A stretch of 64,000 bases of DNA, taken from positions 223,669 through 287,668 of the forward strand of contig NW_019217797.1 in assembly GCF_002571385.2 (NCBI RefSeq). The letters run 5' to 3'. The notes under the pieces were generated by a model. That model did not search any database. It saw nothing but the letters and a program-made list of their open reading frames with translations, and was not told the origin of the DNA. Below are positions 1 through 12,880 of this stretch, one piece after another (the first letter of the stretch is position 1; every line of letters starts with the position of its first letter). The position numbers and the translations under genes are program-made. Source of the DNA: Stylophora pistillata (taxonomy: Eukaryota).

Positions 1-253
1 CCATCACTCAGTAATCTCGTGCGTGGGAAATTAACGTCTCCTGCCCCTAACCCTGCAGGAGACGGGACCTCCATTTATTCGTCCCTATCCGAGAAGACTA
101 GAATATCTAAACCATTTCTTGATGTTACAGAAAGGCAGCATATTCTTATCAATTATTTTAAGACCTTGAGTGTTGGTCCGGCCGGGGCTCGAACCTTCGA
201 CCTCCCGCAGATCAGTCCAGCGCTCTATCCATTGAGCTAACCGGGAGACGGTT
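1..253 (-). mobile_element. tRNA-derived SINE, family A, copy 1 (cut by window edge)
   Basis: Minus strand reads GGTTAGCTCAATGGATAGAGCG...GGTTCGAGCCCCGG (Pol III A/B boxes) followed by a non-tRNA body. The body recurs at 41490-41777 and 52300-52670. Confidence 0.85.
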
Positions 254-321
254 AGCTCAATGGACATCGAATTTGTGTTGTGAGTGTTTACTCGAATTCT
301 TGACATAAAGCGTCACAGGTA

Positions 322-506
322 ATAGACCACTTTCATGAATGGCTGCCGTATAAATATTCTTTTGTTTAAATTTAAATTAGCCCTTCTGGCCTCGCTTGAG
401 ATAATGTATTCTTTTGAATTTTGTACTGGAGAACGAGGCCAGTAGGGCTAATTTAAATTTAAACAAAAGAATATTAATCCGGCAGCCATTTATGAAAGTG
501 GTCTAT
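322..506. mobile_element. Palindromic MITE (fold-back), copy 1
   Basis: Long terminal inverted repeats ATAGACCACTTTCATGAATGGCTGCCG ... CGGCAGCCATTTATGAAAGTGGTCTAT; near-identical copy at 24635-24819. Confidence 0.85.
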
Positions 507-798
507 ACGGGATCATGTCAGGTGTTATCAGCGTGAAACAAAAGAAAAAATCTAAGTTCCGGCGAGAATTTCAATCTCAGCCAGTTCCGATCTTGTAGCA
601 GTATGTTACCTTATATGTCGCACTGGTAAGCACAATATACTTTATTCTTATACGAGTGGCGTCCTGTCCACTGTGAATATGTGCAATGTCGATAGCTTAC
701 TTTGGTTAGTTGGTCGTAGAAGAAATTCTACGCAACGTTAGTTCTCTTTTTTAAAATTTTGTTGTTTTCTAATTAATTTTTGTTCTATCTTTTTTTAG

Positions 799-836
799 CT
801 TCCAGATCGAAAGCCAAAAAGAAACGCCTTAGATGA
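799..836 (+). CDS. Possible terminal exon of a gene lying upstream of the window (..SRSKAKKKRLR*)
   Basis: Strong pyrimidine tract plus AG at 797-798, short basic NLS-like peptide ending in TGA, AATAAA at ~934 and ~1114. No homology recognised. Confidence 0.3.
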
Positions 837-1384
837 CGACGCAAGTAGCAATTGAATCATATTTGAACTATCTTTAAGTGGGCCTGATAAAATTTGTGTT
901 TATATCATAGACAAGTAGTAATATATTACTGGTAATAAACCAAACACGTAAGCTAAGTACAGAGGAAGTTAGTAGTTATGAAGAACTCATTTGTTGCAAA
1001 TAACTTTTTATCTTAAGAGCTAATTTTTTGGCTGATTAGGAAGAAAAGTCAACTCTCTTCTCCATGATGAATTTCTTAGAAATTAATCATAATTCCGCCA
1101 TCTTTTATAGACTAAATAAATGCAGGAAAATTGAATCGATACTTAACCATTCCAACCAGGGCCATGTGTACAGGAAACTAAACAAATTGAAGCAATAACG
1201 TGAAGCCAACCCCACGTAATTTTATTGGCTGAGAGGACGATAGCCAATTACCCACGGTTAGAAAAACTAGGTCGAGTATATGAAGTCGAGCCTTTAATTT
1301 AAAACGCAATCAGACTTTCTTTCATGGTTTGACTTCTCTCTCTGGGTTTTCTCTTTTATTTTTTGTCGTGTTGCGACAACTTGC

Positions 1385-1417
1385 TATTATTATTGTCATT
1401 ATTACTTTTATTATTAC

Positions 1418-1453
<36 letters not shown>

Positions 1454-1462
1454 CATTATCAT
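1385..1462. repeat. (ATT)n microsatellite
   Basis: Direct reading; explains the poly-Ile ORF 1329..1601. Confidence 0.9.
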
Positions 1463-3059
1463 TCGCGTGATGACATACGCTCAATTTTCACCGTTCTCTC
1501 GAATGCGGACTTCGAACCTCCCGAGACCGAGAAAGGAACGAAGGAAGGGGCGTGAGCTCACTTCGTGTACATCTTTGATTGCTACCCTGGGAGAAAATTA
1601 ATTTGATTTTTCTGAAAGTTAGAATTGACGTATTTTCCAGTAGTTGTTTCTTTGTTTGTTTGTTTTGTTTTTATTTATTTATTTTTTCACCTCAGCTAAT
1701 ATCTGGTTCTCGCTAATCCTCCTCTTCCAGTTGGAACACGATTCTGTTCTATTTTTCCGTGCATTTGTGCTGTTTTCTGTACGATAGTCCTGACCCAATA
1801 GAACTGACTAACATTTTACAAATATGTGCATATGTTTCATGTATTTGACATAGTTTATTCCAGTTTTCGTTGTCACCATTTACCAAAGTCAAGGTATTTT
1901 GAACAGTTTTTCACCAACGTAGAAAACTCACTGTTGAATAGGAAACCGTGCTAGTATAGCTCACTAGAGACAGTAGACATCGTGAGAGGGAAGCCTGAAG
2001 AAAAAGGTGATGTTGAGGAATGGCGGATTTAAAGTCGGATTTGTCAAAGGCGATTTTGAAAAAGTGAGGCTGATTTTTTAAGATAGACGAACTATAAAGT
2101 AGTTCCTTCAAACCACACAGGGGAGTCCTAATGTATTTCTTGCGGGGGGGGGCGGGGTTTAGTGGTTGGACCTTTTTGCGAGGTGAGGGGATAATATTCA
2201 CATCAAATTAAACATTGTTGAGCAGTCTTCCCTAAGTGTTTCATCAAATCAACGGATGATTTTATGGTAAGAAATTGCCACCTGTAAATAATCGTTTGTC
2301 GTCCTCGTCTTTCCGCATAAATTTGGTAGAGCGTGTAAATTTCCCTTGTTCAGTCTCAGAACCCCACACTTCTTGGCTGGTAAATGGCATGGTCACGCAA
2401 GGACTCTTCCCGCGATGCCAAGCGTTGCGTGACAACCTTATTGATAGGGAGAGGATGACTCATGTCACGCAAGTTACCGATCAACATGGTGCAATTAATG
2501 TTATTCCGGGTGTTTTTCTCAAAATTATGCCATAACGATGTATGTAAATCATCCATGAAAACCTGGCCTGTTGTACGATACCCGGGCACAAACGGGTATA
2601 TAAATTAGTCGGGTTTATTTTTGTATGGGATCTTAGTAATGTATATAGCTGTAATTAAATTTTTTTGAATGGTTACTAATTTATCGTCGATTTGGGAGTG
2701 TAGATCCGATTCGAATTCTTGGCTCACTTCAATTTCTCACTTTTCTCTAAAGTAGTTAAAAGTTGAACAAATGCTAACTTCAATCATTAAATTAACGTTA
2801 CAATTTGGTGATTCTTGTAATGTTTTCCTTGAATTAGATCAAGGGGAGAAAGAAATTTGGTCTGCACATTTGAACGCAAACTGTAGACCCACGAATTGCA
2901 ATCTCCCAGGGATGTTCAATATGTTCAATATTCACTGGTTGTGATTGTGAATCAACCATCCTGTATTATTTTCAGATTCCCTCTCCCCCCCCCACCCATT
3001 CCACAGTGAACCCCGACGGTGAAAGTGAATATCGCCGAAAAAGTTTGCCTGTTCCAAAC

Positions 3060-3236
3060 CAGGGGCGTAGCCAAGATTTTTCAAAGGGGGGGCTCACACT
3101 AGTTCAAACAGAGGATACTCACCTGATTGTCATGTCGACTTCCACACCGTTTTTACTCAAAAAAAGGCTTACTAAGGGGGGATCACGGGCACCCCAGGAT
3201 CCCTCCCCCCCCCCCCACCTTTACTGGCTAAGCCCT
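3060..3236. mobile_element. Degenerate MITE with CAGGGGCGTAGCCA terminus
   Basis: CAGGGGCGTAGCCAAGATTTT at 3060; partial inverted end CTGGCTAAGCCCT at ~3223-3235; G/C runs inside. Confidence 0.5.
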
Positions 3237-3355
3237 CCCAAACGTCCAGTAAGCGATGCGAAGCGCAATAGGCAATAGCGTGACCACCGTGGGGGATTGG
3301 AAAAGCGAGAGAGGTCTGGGTCTTAAAAATCGCGTTGTTTAATGGTACGGATTTT

Positions 3356-3650
3356 GGCCCATTTCTCGAAAGTTCCAGTAACTTAACGGGCCCGGAACGC
3401 TGTTCTGTTTTCATTCAAGATAGGGATTTCAAACGTTTTGAAAATGATACAATAAACCTATCAGCTAAGAAAATGGTTTGGGTGCCAGAAAATGGTTTGG
3501 GTGTCAGAAAATGGTTTGGGTGCCAGAAAATGGTTTGGGTGCCAGAAAATGGTTTGGGTGCCAGAACCTGCTTTCCTATCCTTTAAATTTTTATTCTAAA
3601 ATATGGCTTTGGGCCCGTTATGTTACCGAGACTTTCGAGAAATGGGCCCC
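3356..3650. mobile_element. MITE with GGCCCATTTCTCGAAAGT TIRs and internal 19-bp tandem array
   Basis: TIRs GGCCCATTTCTCGAAAGTT..TAACGGGCCC / GGGCCCGTTA..ACTTTCGAGAAATGGGCCCC; five tandem copies of AGAAAATGGTTTGGGTGCC at ~3468-3566. Confidence 0.8.
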
Positions 3651-3845
3651 TAGAACGTACTACGGAAAAGTTCCGCGTAGGCCCAGAATTTCGTGACGTT
3701 GCCATAAAAATTGAGAATACCTAAAGCAGCTCTGTTAATTTCTCTGTAAGGATTAAGGTTGGTTAAGTCAGTCATAACTGTTTCCTATTTCACTCTCCAG
3801 ATATTTTCACTGCTGATTTTAAATGAGAGTTCACCTTTCAACAGA

Positions 3846-4125
3846 AGGCAGCATGGTCGAGTGGTCAGCGTATCGGACTTGGAATCCGTCGTTCCTGGGT
3901 TCAAGTCCCGCCCTGACCACTACTTGGATTTGTTTCACGGTAGCCCCGAGTTTCAAATCCTCGGCCATGCTTGTAATATAGCCAACTGGTTTGCCTTCGG
4001 CCAGTTGGGATTCTTAACAACGTTATTTTCAATTTGAATTATTTGTTTAAGTTGTTTCGTGTTTCTCCACGTTAAACTGTTTCTCCACGTTAAACTGTTT
4101 ATTATTATTATTTATTATATTATTA
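3846..4125 (+). mobile_element. tRNA-derived SINE, family B
   Basis: TGGTCGAGTGG (A box), GGTTCAAGTCC (B box), core hairpin CCAACTGG...CCAGTTGG, AT-rich (TTA)n tail. Confidence 0.7.
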
Positions 4126-4720
4126 TTTCAATAGCAGTATTTTCGAACAGAGAAGGAATTTGAGAGAGAATTACCACTGGTTTTTTATAACAACGACTTC
4201 GAAGTTTTTCAAATGCTGCATACAATTTCGAAGTGCAAATACTTAACTAAAGCGCTGCCAAGCGTATTCTCGACCGCCTTTCCCCGCTCCCTCCCCCGAA
4301 GAAACACTCGCATTCATTTTCGATACATTCCATCAAACATAGCTGACCGAATAAACGTGAGCTTTTTGACCTTAACTTGCCCTGACAAGATGACTGCACT
4401 TCAGCTAACCAATCAAGGTAAAGGTATGATTTTATGAACTGAGTAAACAGAGACGCGATTAACATAACTCTTCTGATGAAACTATGCAAATCTTAACCTG
4501 ACAGCTTCAATACTGAAAAAGACAAGACTGTTGACAATGAATACTACACCTTTATACGCATGATCAGATATCAATCGTGCAAGGAGGGTACTGCGATCGT
4601 TCCAGATACATAAGGATCTATGACAAAATTTCTTGGCCCCAGGAACATACAGATCTGAGTAACGTAGTCGGCATTCCTTGCTCACTACGTATCAGCGACC
4701 TCAATTCAGTTTGGTATTTT

Positions 4721-7700
4721 ATGAGAAAGATGGAAACATCAAACGAGTGGAGGTAAGTTTTCTATCTAAAATACTGAAAACAATCCACAATCGAGCAAAT
4801 TATTTCCGCTCAAATGCATTGATTGGTTAGAGTATCCTCTTATCAAAATTTCGACAGGCATACATTAGACACATTGTTTTAAATCTAATAATCTTTTGAT
4901 TCTAAATCATAGAACTGATCGAAGCATCTGGAGCGGTTATTGGAAGAACTAAATCGACGCGCTCTTATAAAGCGCACAATCAGCCGTGATCTCAAAGAAA
5001 CTTATACAAGAGGCTTCAAATATATTTAGCTGCAAACTTTTGCGCATGTGCGAACGTTGGATTGGCTAGCCGGCGTGCTTTCAGAACCATATTTTCAGGA
5101 ATTATGAGCAACCACGCAGGCCATTCTTTAGTTTCTTAAAATATGACGGTTGCCACGATGTCTAAAGATGCATAATCTCCGTTAGATTTTGAAACGAGGT
5201 AGAAAAGGTTTTTCTTCGGAAGGTCCTAGGTCTTTCCCGCCTAAGGATTGGCTGATCAAAACGCGCCAAAGAGCTTCTCAAGGTTTTATCAAGTTGAGTT
5301 TTATAAAGTTGTTTTGTTACTTTCTTTCCGTTTTAGGAAAGCTGACTTGAATGGATTGGTACTCGTCAGACAACATAAAATTATCCGAAGTTCCTGGACA
5401 TGCCATCGGGAGTTTGTACCTTTTTTGGCCCTGGTTCTAATAGCGTTGGGAGTACTTGCTTACTATTTCGGAACAACACAGCATTTTACAGAGCAAGGTA
5501 CGGCTCCCTGCCTAATAGTTACTGAGAAGCAGTTACTGCTGCCTAAAAAGCTCTTAAACGAATAATATGACCTCAGTGACCTACTCATGGAAAACCATCT
5601 TAATTAACACATTTATATATTAGGTACTTGTTGATTCTATGGGAGGGCCGGACGGGAAAATATGTGGCTTACCGATTGAGCGCAGCGAGGTCCGCATGTC
5701 ACGACCGAGAGCCAAAGATGTTCCCGTCTGGCCCGAATAAGACAGTCAATAAGTACTTTTTTATCATATGACCCGTCCGGCACCGCTCGCGCAATCCCCT
5801 AGAAAACCATAGTGAAAGCTGACGAGTATAAGACCAGAAAGGGTTGACATGAGCCAGTCTGGAAAAAGACAGACGGGCCTTATGTTGACGTTGAACAATA
5901 AGCCGTTGCTCTTTCGTTCACAGGGAAGTTTGTGAACTTGAATGCCGACACTGTAATCCAGTATTTCAGTAGTTCCGAAAATAGAAAGGAAGATGGTAGG
6001 AGTCCAAAGCCAGTCGTCCTTGAAACAAACAGCAAGCTCAAGACTGCCCTTCCTCCACTGACAAAAAAAATTAACAAAACAATAAGTTCTTCTGACGTGG
6101 GAAACAGTTTTACGACAGAAAGTTCCGAACAAACAAAAGTTCATATAAATTCAAAGGCAAGTGTAAAACTTTCCCCGTCGACCAGAAAGAATAAATTGTC
6201 GAAAAGCGAGCAAACTGCCACAAAATTGAAGTGGAATGAATCTTTGTTTTTGTCGACGAAAGATTTATTTGTTCCGACAAAAAGAGATATCGCAATCCTT
6301 TCAAAAATAGAAAATTTCCAAAGAAAAGGTCATATCATTCACAGAAGATTGAATCTTCCGATAAAAACTGACACGGTCAGCAACGTTCAGGGAACTGTAC
6401 GAGACATGAAAAATAAGTATTCCGATTTACGTCGAAAATCTTCAACTACACCTAGTCCCATACCGAGGACGAAATTTAACTTTGATTTGTGGTATCATAA
6501 AAAGACAGTTGAGATATGTGGAAGTGGATGGCAGGAAAAATACCGTGAATTACATGACGATATTCTAAGCAAGCGTCGCGAAGAGAAATATCTCGTGTAT
6601 CTTTGTCCTGGCACTCGACAAGGTTGTTGTGGCTATGGAAACAGACTCAGAGCTGTAGCATCACTGTTTTACCTGTCAGTTCTAACTGACAGGGCTTTTC
6701 TGATTGATTGGCGTGCGCCTGAGCCAATAGAAAATCATCTGACACCGCGAAACATCCAGTGGAATTACAGCGAACCCATTGATATTTGCACTGGGTTACA
6801 AATACGAAAACACTACTGGGGATCTACGAAAACGGACGTTCGCGAAGCAGAAGGGTACATCATTCAAGAACCAAAACACTTTAAAAGGTGGTTCACTTCT
6901 ACAGATTTAAAACAGTTTTTTGATTGGCCAGTGGAAGAAATAACCACAATATGGTATTTCGCCGAAGGTGGGATTACTAAGAATTCATTTCTTATGAAGC
7001 GCGCCAAGGAGTTAGGAATTGCACCGTTAATTTCTAACACACCAAAGTTTAATCTTATAGGATGTGCGTTTGACTTTTTGTTCTCAAAGTCAAAAGCTTT
7101 GGAAAGTAAGCTGGACGAAATGAGATCACAGTTACAGTTTCATAAAGGGCCAGTTATTGGGATACACATACGAACAGGGGACGACCAATTTGATTACTTC
7201 TCCTCTGAAAACATCCGCACATGGAACGCCAAGAACGTGTCAAAATTCTTCGACTGCGCAACTAAAGTAGAAAGCGAATTTTTTTTCAATGAGACAGACG
7301 GACCAGAAAAAGTCCGTTGGTTTCTCTCGACTGATAACGAGCAAGTGCGAACATTAGTTCAGGGTATCTACCCACAAAAGGTAGTCACCACCAATTTGAC
7401 AATCTTACATCTGGATATTCTCTTCAACACCACAATCTTCAACTTTACGGCACAGTGCAACTACACGGATGAAACTAACACAACCTTAGTATGCTACAAT
7501 GTCGAAATATTGAACGTAACTGCATATTGCCTCAACCGCACAAAATACAATTACACCCAAGAAATAGGTGACAACTCTACAATTTACGGTTCAGGGATGG
7601 CCACGGAAGGCATCATTGCCATGTTAGTGGATCATTTCTTATTAGCTGAAAGCGATTTTCTTGTCTTATGCGATAGCAGTTTTGGTTCAACAGCAGTGGG

Positions 7701-7812
7701 ATTGGGTATGCGTAACACAGATAGCTATATCTTAGCTGATCGAGATTGTGTTGACTTTGCGACAGCGCAGAAAGATACAAGATTGAAGTTTTTTGGAAGA
7801 CGAAGACGGTGA
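4721..7812 (+). CDS. Type II membrane GT-B fucosyltransferase-like protein (alpha-1,2/alpha-1,6/O-FucT superfamily), ~693 aa; join(4721..4752,5337..5497,5924..7812)
   Basis: GT-AG junctions join in frame (AG|G, G|GG). Exon 2 encodes a TM helix (FVPFLALVLIALGVLAYYF), followed by a Ser/Thr/Lys-rich stem. Catalytic motifs GYGNRL, IGIHIRTGD (motif I), WFLSTDN (II), DHFLLAESDFLV..SSFG (III). Exon 1 is less certain than exons 2-3. Confidence 0.85.
5612..5775. mobile_element. Hairpin-type non-autonomous element in the fucosyltransferase intron
   Basis: Imperfect inverted repeat GTACTTGTTGA..GGGCCGGACGGGAAAAT / ATGTTCCCGTCTGGCCC..TCAATAAGTAC. Confidence 0.55.
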
Positions 7813-9039
7813 TCCGTGTTCTGTGACCATGGATATTTTGAAATTCCACACATTTGGGCGTGTCTCCGTGATGATCGACATATTGTTGAGGGGTTTTACC
7901 ACTCGCTTGGCAAATTAACAAGAGGTACTGAGACTCTGTAATTTTCTTCTTTATTCTCTCTCTTGTTCCACTGCTTATTTCTACTACTTATTTCTACTAC
8001 TTATTTCTACTACTTTCAGCAAGGAGTGCTCCAGTATTAAATACAAAAATCACAGACATGTTTGGGTTAGCTAACCGTGGGAACTTCCAAAACAGGATGT
8101 TCAGTGTGGGTAAAACTCAAGGTCAGTTTTACCAACTCAAACATGACCACCTAGCAAACTAGTTATCTTCAACCATAACAAGGGATTAAAATGTCTAGCA
8201 CGGTAAGTGCTGAGCCAAGTTCAAGCACACACTAAAAATAAATCATCAAAACTATAGATTCATCAAAATAGCACGTAGGGGCGAAAAGGCGAGACTTAAT
8301 AAAACAAAAAGGTAAACCTAAAAATGCTTGAAATATCGAGCCTTGAAAACGCTCTACAACAATATTACTGTGATTCTATCATCAATAACGCAAATTGACA
8401 ATTTCACAAGGAGGCAATAAGAACTCAGACTAAATACACGTAAACGACCCCAGTCGCGGAAGTTTGTTAAGTCATTTGAAATATAATCCATTAATTTCTA
8501 TACAGTATGTTTCATATTAAACTTCCGAAGAATTAATTTCAATGTTTCTACATTATTTTGCACCCAAAATATGATGCATTAAGATGAACTTCCGCACGTT
8601 GCATTCACCACGTTTCCCAAAATAAATTTCCAGGACTTCATTAGAGAGATTTAGCAACGCATTTACTTGAAACGTGAACGGCAAGAGTGACCACGTGACC
8701 TTGTTTTTCCCGCATTTTTTCACGTTTGCCGGTTGCACTTTACCGTTTCTACGGGAAAGAAACCTGTTTCGCGTTTGCCGTGTACGTAAGACTTTCTCCA
8801 CTTTTTCTCTCACAGAGTGGAAGTTCATTGCCAGAAAAAGGGGAACCAAAACTATTACTTGTACGTCTTACAAGCGCGCCTTCAAATCCGCCATAACGCT
8901 TAACGTGAGCTCAAGCGACCTAAAGCAGAAAGATTAACGCCACAGGTTTTGTGGTCTGGCACAAATATTGAGTACCAGATCCCATGCAGACCTCTCCGGC
9001 TCGCTTTACTCAAGGACTTAGACTTCATTGCGGGCCGAG

Positions 9040-9077
9040 AATCGCTTGTGTCGCAGCGCAATAATGAGAGCCACTTT

Positions 9078-9114
<37 letters not shown>

Positions 9115-9142
9115 TGTGTCGCAGCGCAATAATGAGAGCCAC

Positions 9143-9202
<60 letters not shown>

Positions 9203-9275
9203 TACATACATAACTTTATTTGATAAGGCTGGTTAAAATTTGCGCAACTTTACAGCTGATGTGGACCTGCCTAAA
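9040..9275 (-). repeat. (CA)n/(CATA)n microsatellite with a duplicated 30-bp unit; likely LINE/SINE 3' tail
   Basis: CGCTTGTGTCGCAGCGCAATAATGAGAGCCACTT occurs twice, each followed by (CA)n. TTTATTTG..GCTGATGTGGACCTGC is shared with 45250-45370. Confidence 0.75.
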
Positions 9276-9804
9276 CTAATTAGTCTATAATTATATAAAA
9301 TACAGATATGATAAAATTTAGTTTGAAAGCTACCAGATCAAAGGAGAGATGAGTCCAGTTCTTACCCTCCTCGGATGCATCGTCACGTTTTCGCCACACT
9401 AAACGTTAAATGCTGGTCACATTATTTTGTTTTGCCCAGCTGGAATGCTACCACACTACCACATACATCACCAGAATACAAATGACACCACTCAAAAGGA
9501 CATTCGTTTTGATATGATGGATGTATTAATAAACTTACCTTTACAAACGAAAAAGCCTCTCAGTTGACTTTAAGCTAAATCATCCAAGAAAATGGTCGGG
9601 GATATATGAAGGGGGCCTGTTTTGCATTCCTGTTGGATCATACTTGGCAGTCATATTAAAAGATTAGCATGAGGAGATATATCTATTCCAGTATGAATTG
9701 CAAATGGACAAGAGAAAGACAGGATAATTGCAGTTTAATTTGCACTCTAATTTATCTTGTCTCTTCAGTCACCTTTCCTAAGCTAACCAGAACATTTACT
9801 TCCT

Positions 9805-12539
9805 CTACTCCTCTTTCTTCTTCATTCTCCCAAGCCAGTGTTCCAACATAAAATTTACCAGAGTTTTCTCCTTTAAGAAAACAAACACTGCCACAGTCAA
9901 CAAACAAACACCACCAATTCCAATGTGAAGAATGCGGTAAAACCATCCATGCTCACAGCATAGCTTTGCTTCTGACATTGCAGTTATGCCCCAAGAAAAG
10001 GCAAATGCAATCAAAACCAGAGTTGATGGGAAAAGTCCTTGTAAAGGTTTGAGATGAGGGGCTGACTTGAAATAGTTGTAGATAAATACAAGACTAAAAA
10101 ACAAAAGATAGAGGAAAAGTTATCAAAACATTAATAGGGACCTTAAGCAGTCAGGACGGCAACGCCAAGGAAGACGTCCATTAAAAAATAAATTTCTACT
10201 TTTAATTAGAGTTTCGAAAATGGCTGCATGTGTTTACCATCTCATACGGCGCCACAACTCAACCTCGACATAACGTATTAAAGTAGCGCTGAGTTGCAAA
10301 TGGAAATTGAAATAATTTGCCGTTGCGGTTGCGGTTTCGGTTCGCAGACGATGCAAATTTTGCTGATTTCACGCTATCGTTTTGCAAAGGACGGCTGAGA
10401 AATGTACTAAGTTTTAAAATGCACGCGCTGAGCTATTGTTCTGCTAATTAGATCTATTGTTTTTCCACGTTCTTGTTGACGTCGTCGTCGTGGTTTGCTT
10501 AAAGTCCCTAATTACTTTTAGCAGCAAGAATCCATTTTCAGGACTACTCTTACTCAGAAAATCAGACTACACAATCAAAAGATTATTGCTGTGGACTGAA
10601 GGAAATCTTAACAGCCTCAGTGAAGGATAAAATAAGAGTTACATAACATACATGATTCTGATGATGACTTCACCCCAGGTCTTTCAAGAGTCAAACAGCT
10701 CTACCAACAACATGCACCTTAAAGGGATACCCAGAGGATCATAATATAGACAACATTTCCTTTTACTAACCTGTGATAAATGCGCAGGAGCATGTTGAGG
10801 CAGTTAGCGATGACAAATCCAACACTCCCAAAAATAGTGAGATACCAAGATGCTGCTAAGAACACCACTGAGAATGTCATCATTTTGTAATTATAGGAGT
10901 CAACATCATCTTTGCTCATGGTAGCAAACATGAAACACTCTGTCATGCCATTGACAGCAATAATCAATACATAAACACAATACCATCGCAGCAGAGAGGG
11001 ACCTAAAATGAACATTGAAACTTATCAGTTAGATAAGGTAGCTAAGAAACTATCCTACAGCATTCCCCATAGCTGATTGTCGTTAAAATATCTAACTTAA
11101 AAATGTACCATCCCCTGTTAACCCTTTACACCCTCACATCAGAATGCATTTTCTCCATACTGTTCTCTGCACATTTTTGGTTCCTGAGGTGCTGATAGAG
11201 AGAATTTATTTAACGATCATGGGCTTCTTGGGTTGCTGATCATTTTCTTTATTCTCATGACCTTTATAAGTGATTTAGGGGCGATATTGTAGGGAGAAAT
11301 TACATGTAGATGACAGTCTCTCTTAGGGGTTGAAGGGTTAAGTTCTGTCGCATGCACTCTGACCCAAATTTTGCACTACAATTTAGTCCCAAAATTTTAT
11401 GATATTGCATTGTCGAAATTACCTTCTCCGCTGCTCAGAGTCTTTCCTCCATAGATATCAAGCAGAAGAAAAGAATAGCTGTAGCCAAATACCAAAAACG
11501 TCAATCCAACTAAAACAACAAACTTTAGAACAACCTCCAGTGTATCTGAAGCCATTTTTGTTGACTGAGGCGTTTGCTTATGGGCAGAGCTTCCTCTCTC
11601 CAAAGTGTATGCAAAAAATGTGTAATAACTCTCCTCTATTGGCATAAAGACACATCTGGCAACCAGAGAACCAAGATTGTTAATCACATCATAAATTCCT
11701 TGTTGAGAAAATGTCAAAACCTTGAACAGTGTCATAATGTAACGTTCGCCTTCAGTCAAAATCTTCTTCAGGAAGGATTGTTTAAAAAAGCTCCACGTAA
11801 GATGCGCCAGTGCTCCACTGATAAAACTCTTCCCTGATACAGTTCTTGGGAAAAAGTCTCGCAATGATCTAAGAGGAAAGTCGCTTTCTTCATTATTTTG
11901 ATCCTTGGGGGCAGTTTTGATGTAGTATACGAAATACACGTAATACAAAACCATTACTAAAACTGAGAATGCCGTTTGTGCAAAACAAAATGCAATGATC
12001 CCAAGGTCTGGTACAAAAACCACCAGTCCCAGAGTAATAACACATCGAGCAAAGTTTGCAATGCCTTCTACGACAACTTTGAGGCGCAAAAATACAAACG
12101 CTTGAGCAATAACCCATAGCTGCTCTGACAAAAGTTCGATTGACCCGCTAGCTGCAAAAACCATCACTGCTAACGGGTAGTTTGGAATTTTCACCGGATC
12201 AGGAATCTCCAGATAGTACAACCACACATGACCAAGAATGATGGACAATACGACTCCAAGAGGAAACACACACCAGAGAAGGTTAATGACTTGGGCCCAT
12301 CTTTTATCCGCTGACTTGCTGAGACACGCTTTTCGGAAAGCCTCACGGGCAACGAAGACGATAGTTTGATTGAGGAGCATCAGTCGCACGTTCACAACTC
12401 CGATCATATCTTTCGTAGTGTAACGTAAGAGGATCCCATTCATTATAAAGGTGAGTATCCTAAACGTAACCTGCACAATAACATTATAAGAAGCAGAACG
12501 GACAGTGTTTCCTACAAGAGTTTTTTTCTCATCCGCCAT
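9805..12539 (-). CDS. RFT1: Protein RFT1 homolog (ER Man5GlcNAc2-PP-dolichol translocation factor), ~545 aa; complement(join(9805..10093,10771..11002,11423..12539))
   Basis: Recognisable motifs (FRILTF.MN, GVVNVRLMLL, REAFRKACLS, QSFLKKILTEGERY, QGIYDVINNLGSLVAR..F.PIEE, NGMTECF, GFVIANCLNM). Three exons join in frame via GT-AG introns (1638 nt). Confidence 0.95.
10134..10513. mobile_element. MITE in RFT1 intron 2
   Basis: TIRs TAGGGACCTTAAGCA ... TGCTTAAAGTCCCTA with subterminal GACG repeats. Confidence 0.75.
11118..11341. mobile_element. TTAA-flanked (piggyBac-like) non-autonomous element; decayed relatives at ~15833-16040, 17485-17680, 18255-18465, 47945-48170, 49844-50435, 56480-56665
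   Basis: TTAA|CCCTTTACACCC ... GGGGTTGAAGGG|TTAA. The internal motif (TTCTCCATACTGTTCTCT / AGAGAACAGTATGGAGAA) recurs in most of the other copies. Confidence 0.8.
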
Positions 12540-12880
12540 CTTGTCACCTTAGTTGACTAAGACAAAAGCAAGTCTGATTGGACAGCTTTGGTAAATATTA
12601 TCCAATCATCGACCTTATCCTTTTAAAAACTGCTGGTCGTTTACCTCGAGCCTGCAAGCTTTCCTAAAAAGATTGTTTCTATTGGTTTATAGTAGTTTTC
12701 TTCTGTTTCAAATAACCAATTAAAATTGACATTTAATTATACCCTCCCTGGTCCCGTGCGGAGAATCCACTAAGCCCAGTCTCCAGTCACACGTGGCAAA
12801 ACATCGTTTTACACATTACGAATTTGGAAGTTTTCCTGGAGCTTGTACCAGATACGGAATTTTAATTTTTCGCCAGTAAG
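12540..12880. promoter_or_regulatory. Bidirectional promoter RFT1 / PDIA5-like
   Basis: 341 bp between divergent ATGs; four CCAAT/ATTGG boxes (~12577, 12602, 12681, 12716); ACACGTGGCA at ~12789; AAGATGGCG (YY1-like) overlaps both start codons. Confidence 0.7.

Noticed and set aside
170-253. tRNA gene (also 41700-41777, 52600-52670, 3846-3915, 35029-35100, 60600-60660)
   Set aside because: A/B boxes are present but cloverleaf/acceptor stems are imperfect and each continues into a repeat body; these are SINE heads.
3468-3566. 19-bp direct repeats resembling a CRISPR array
   Set aside because: Head-to-tail with no spacers, inside a MITE, eukaryotic context, no cas genes.
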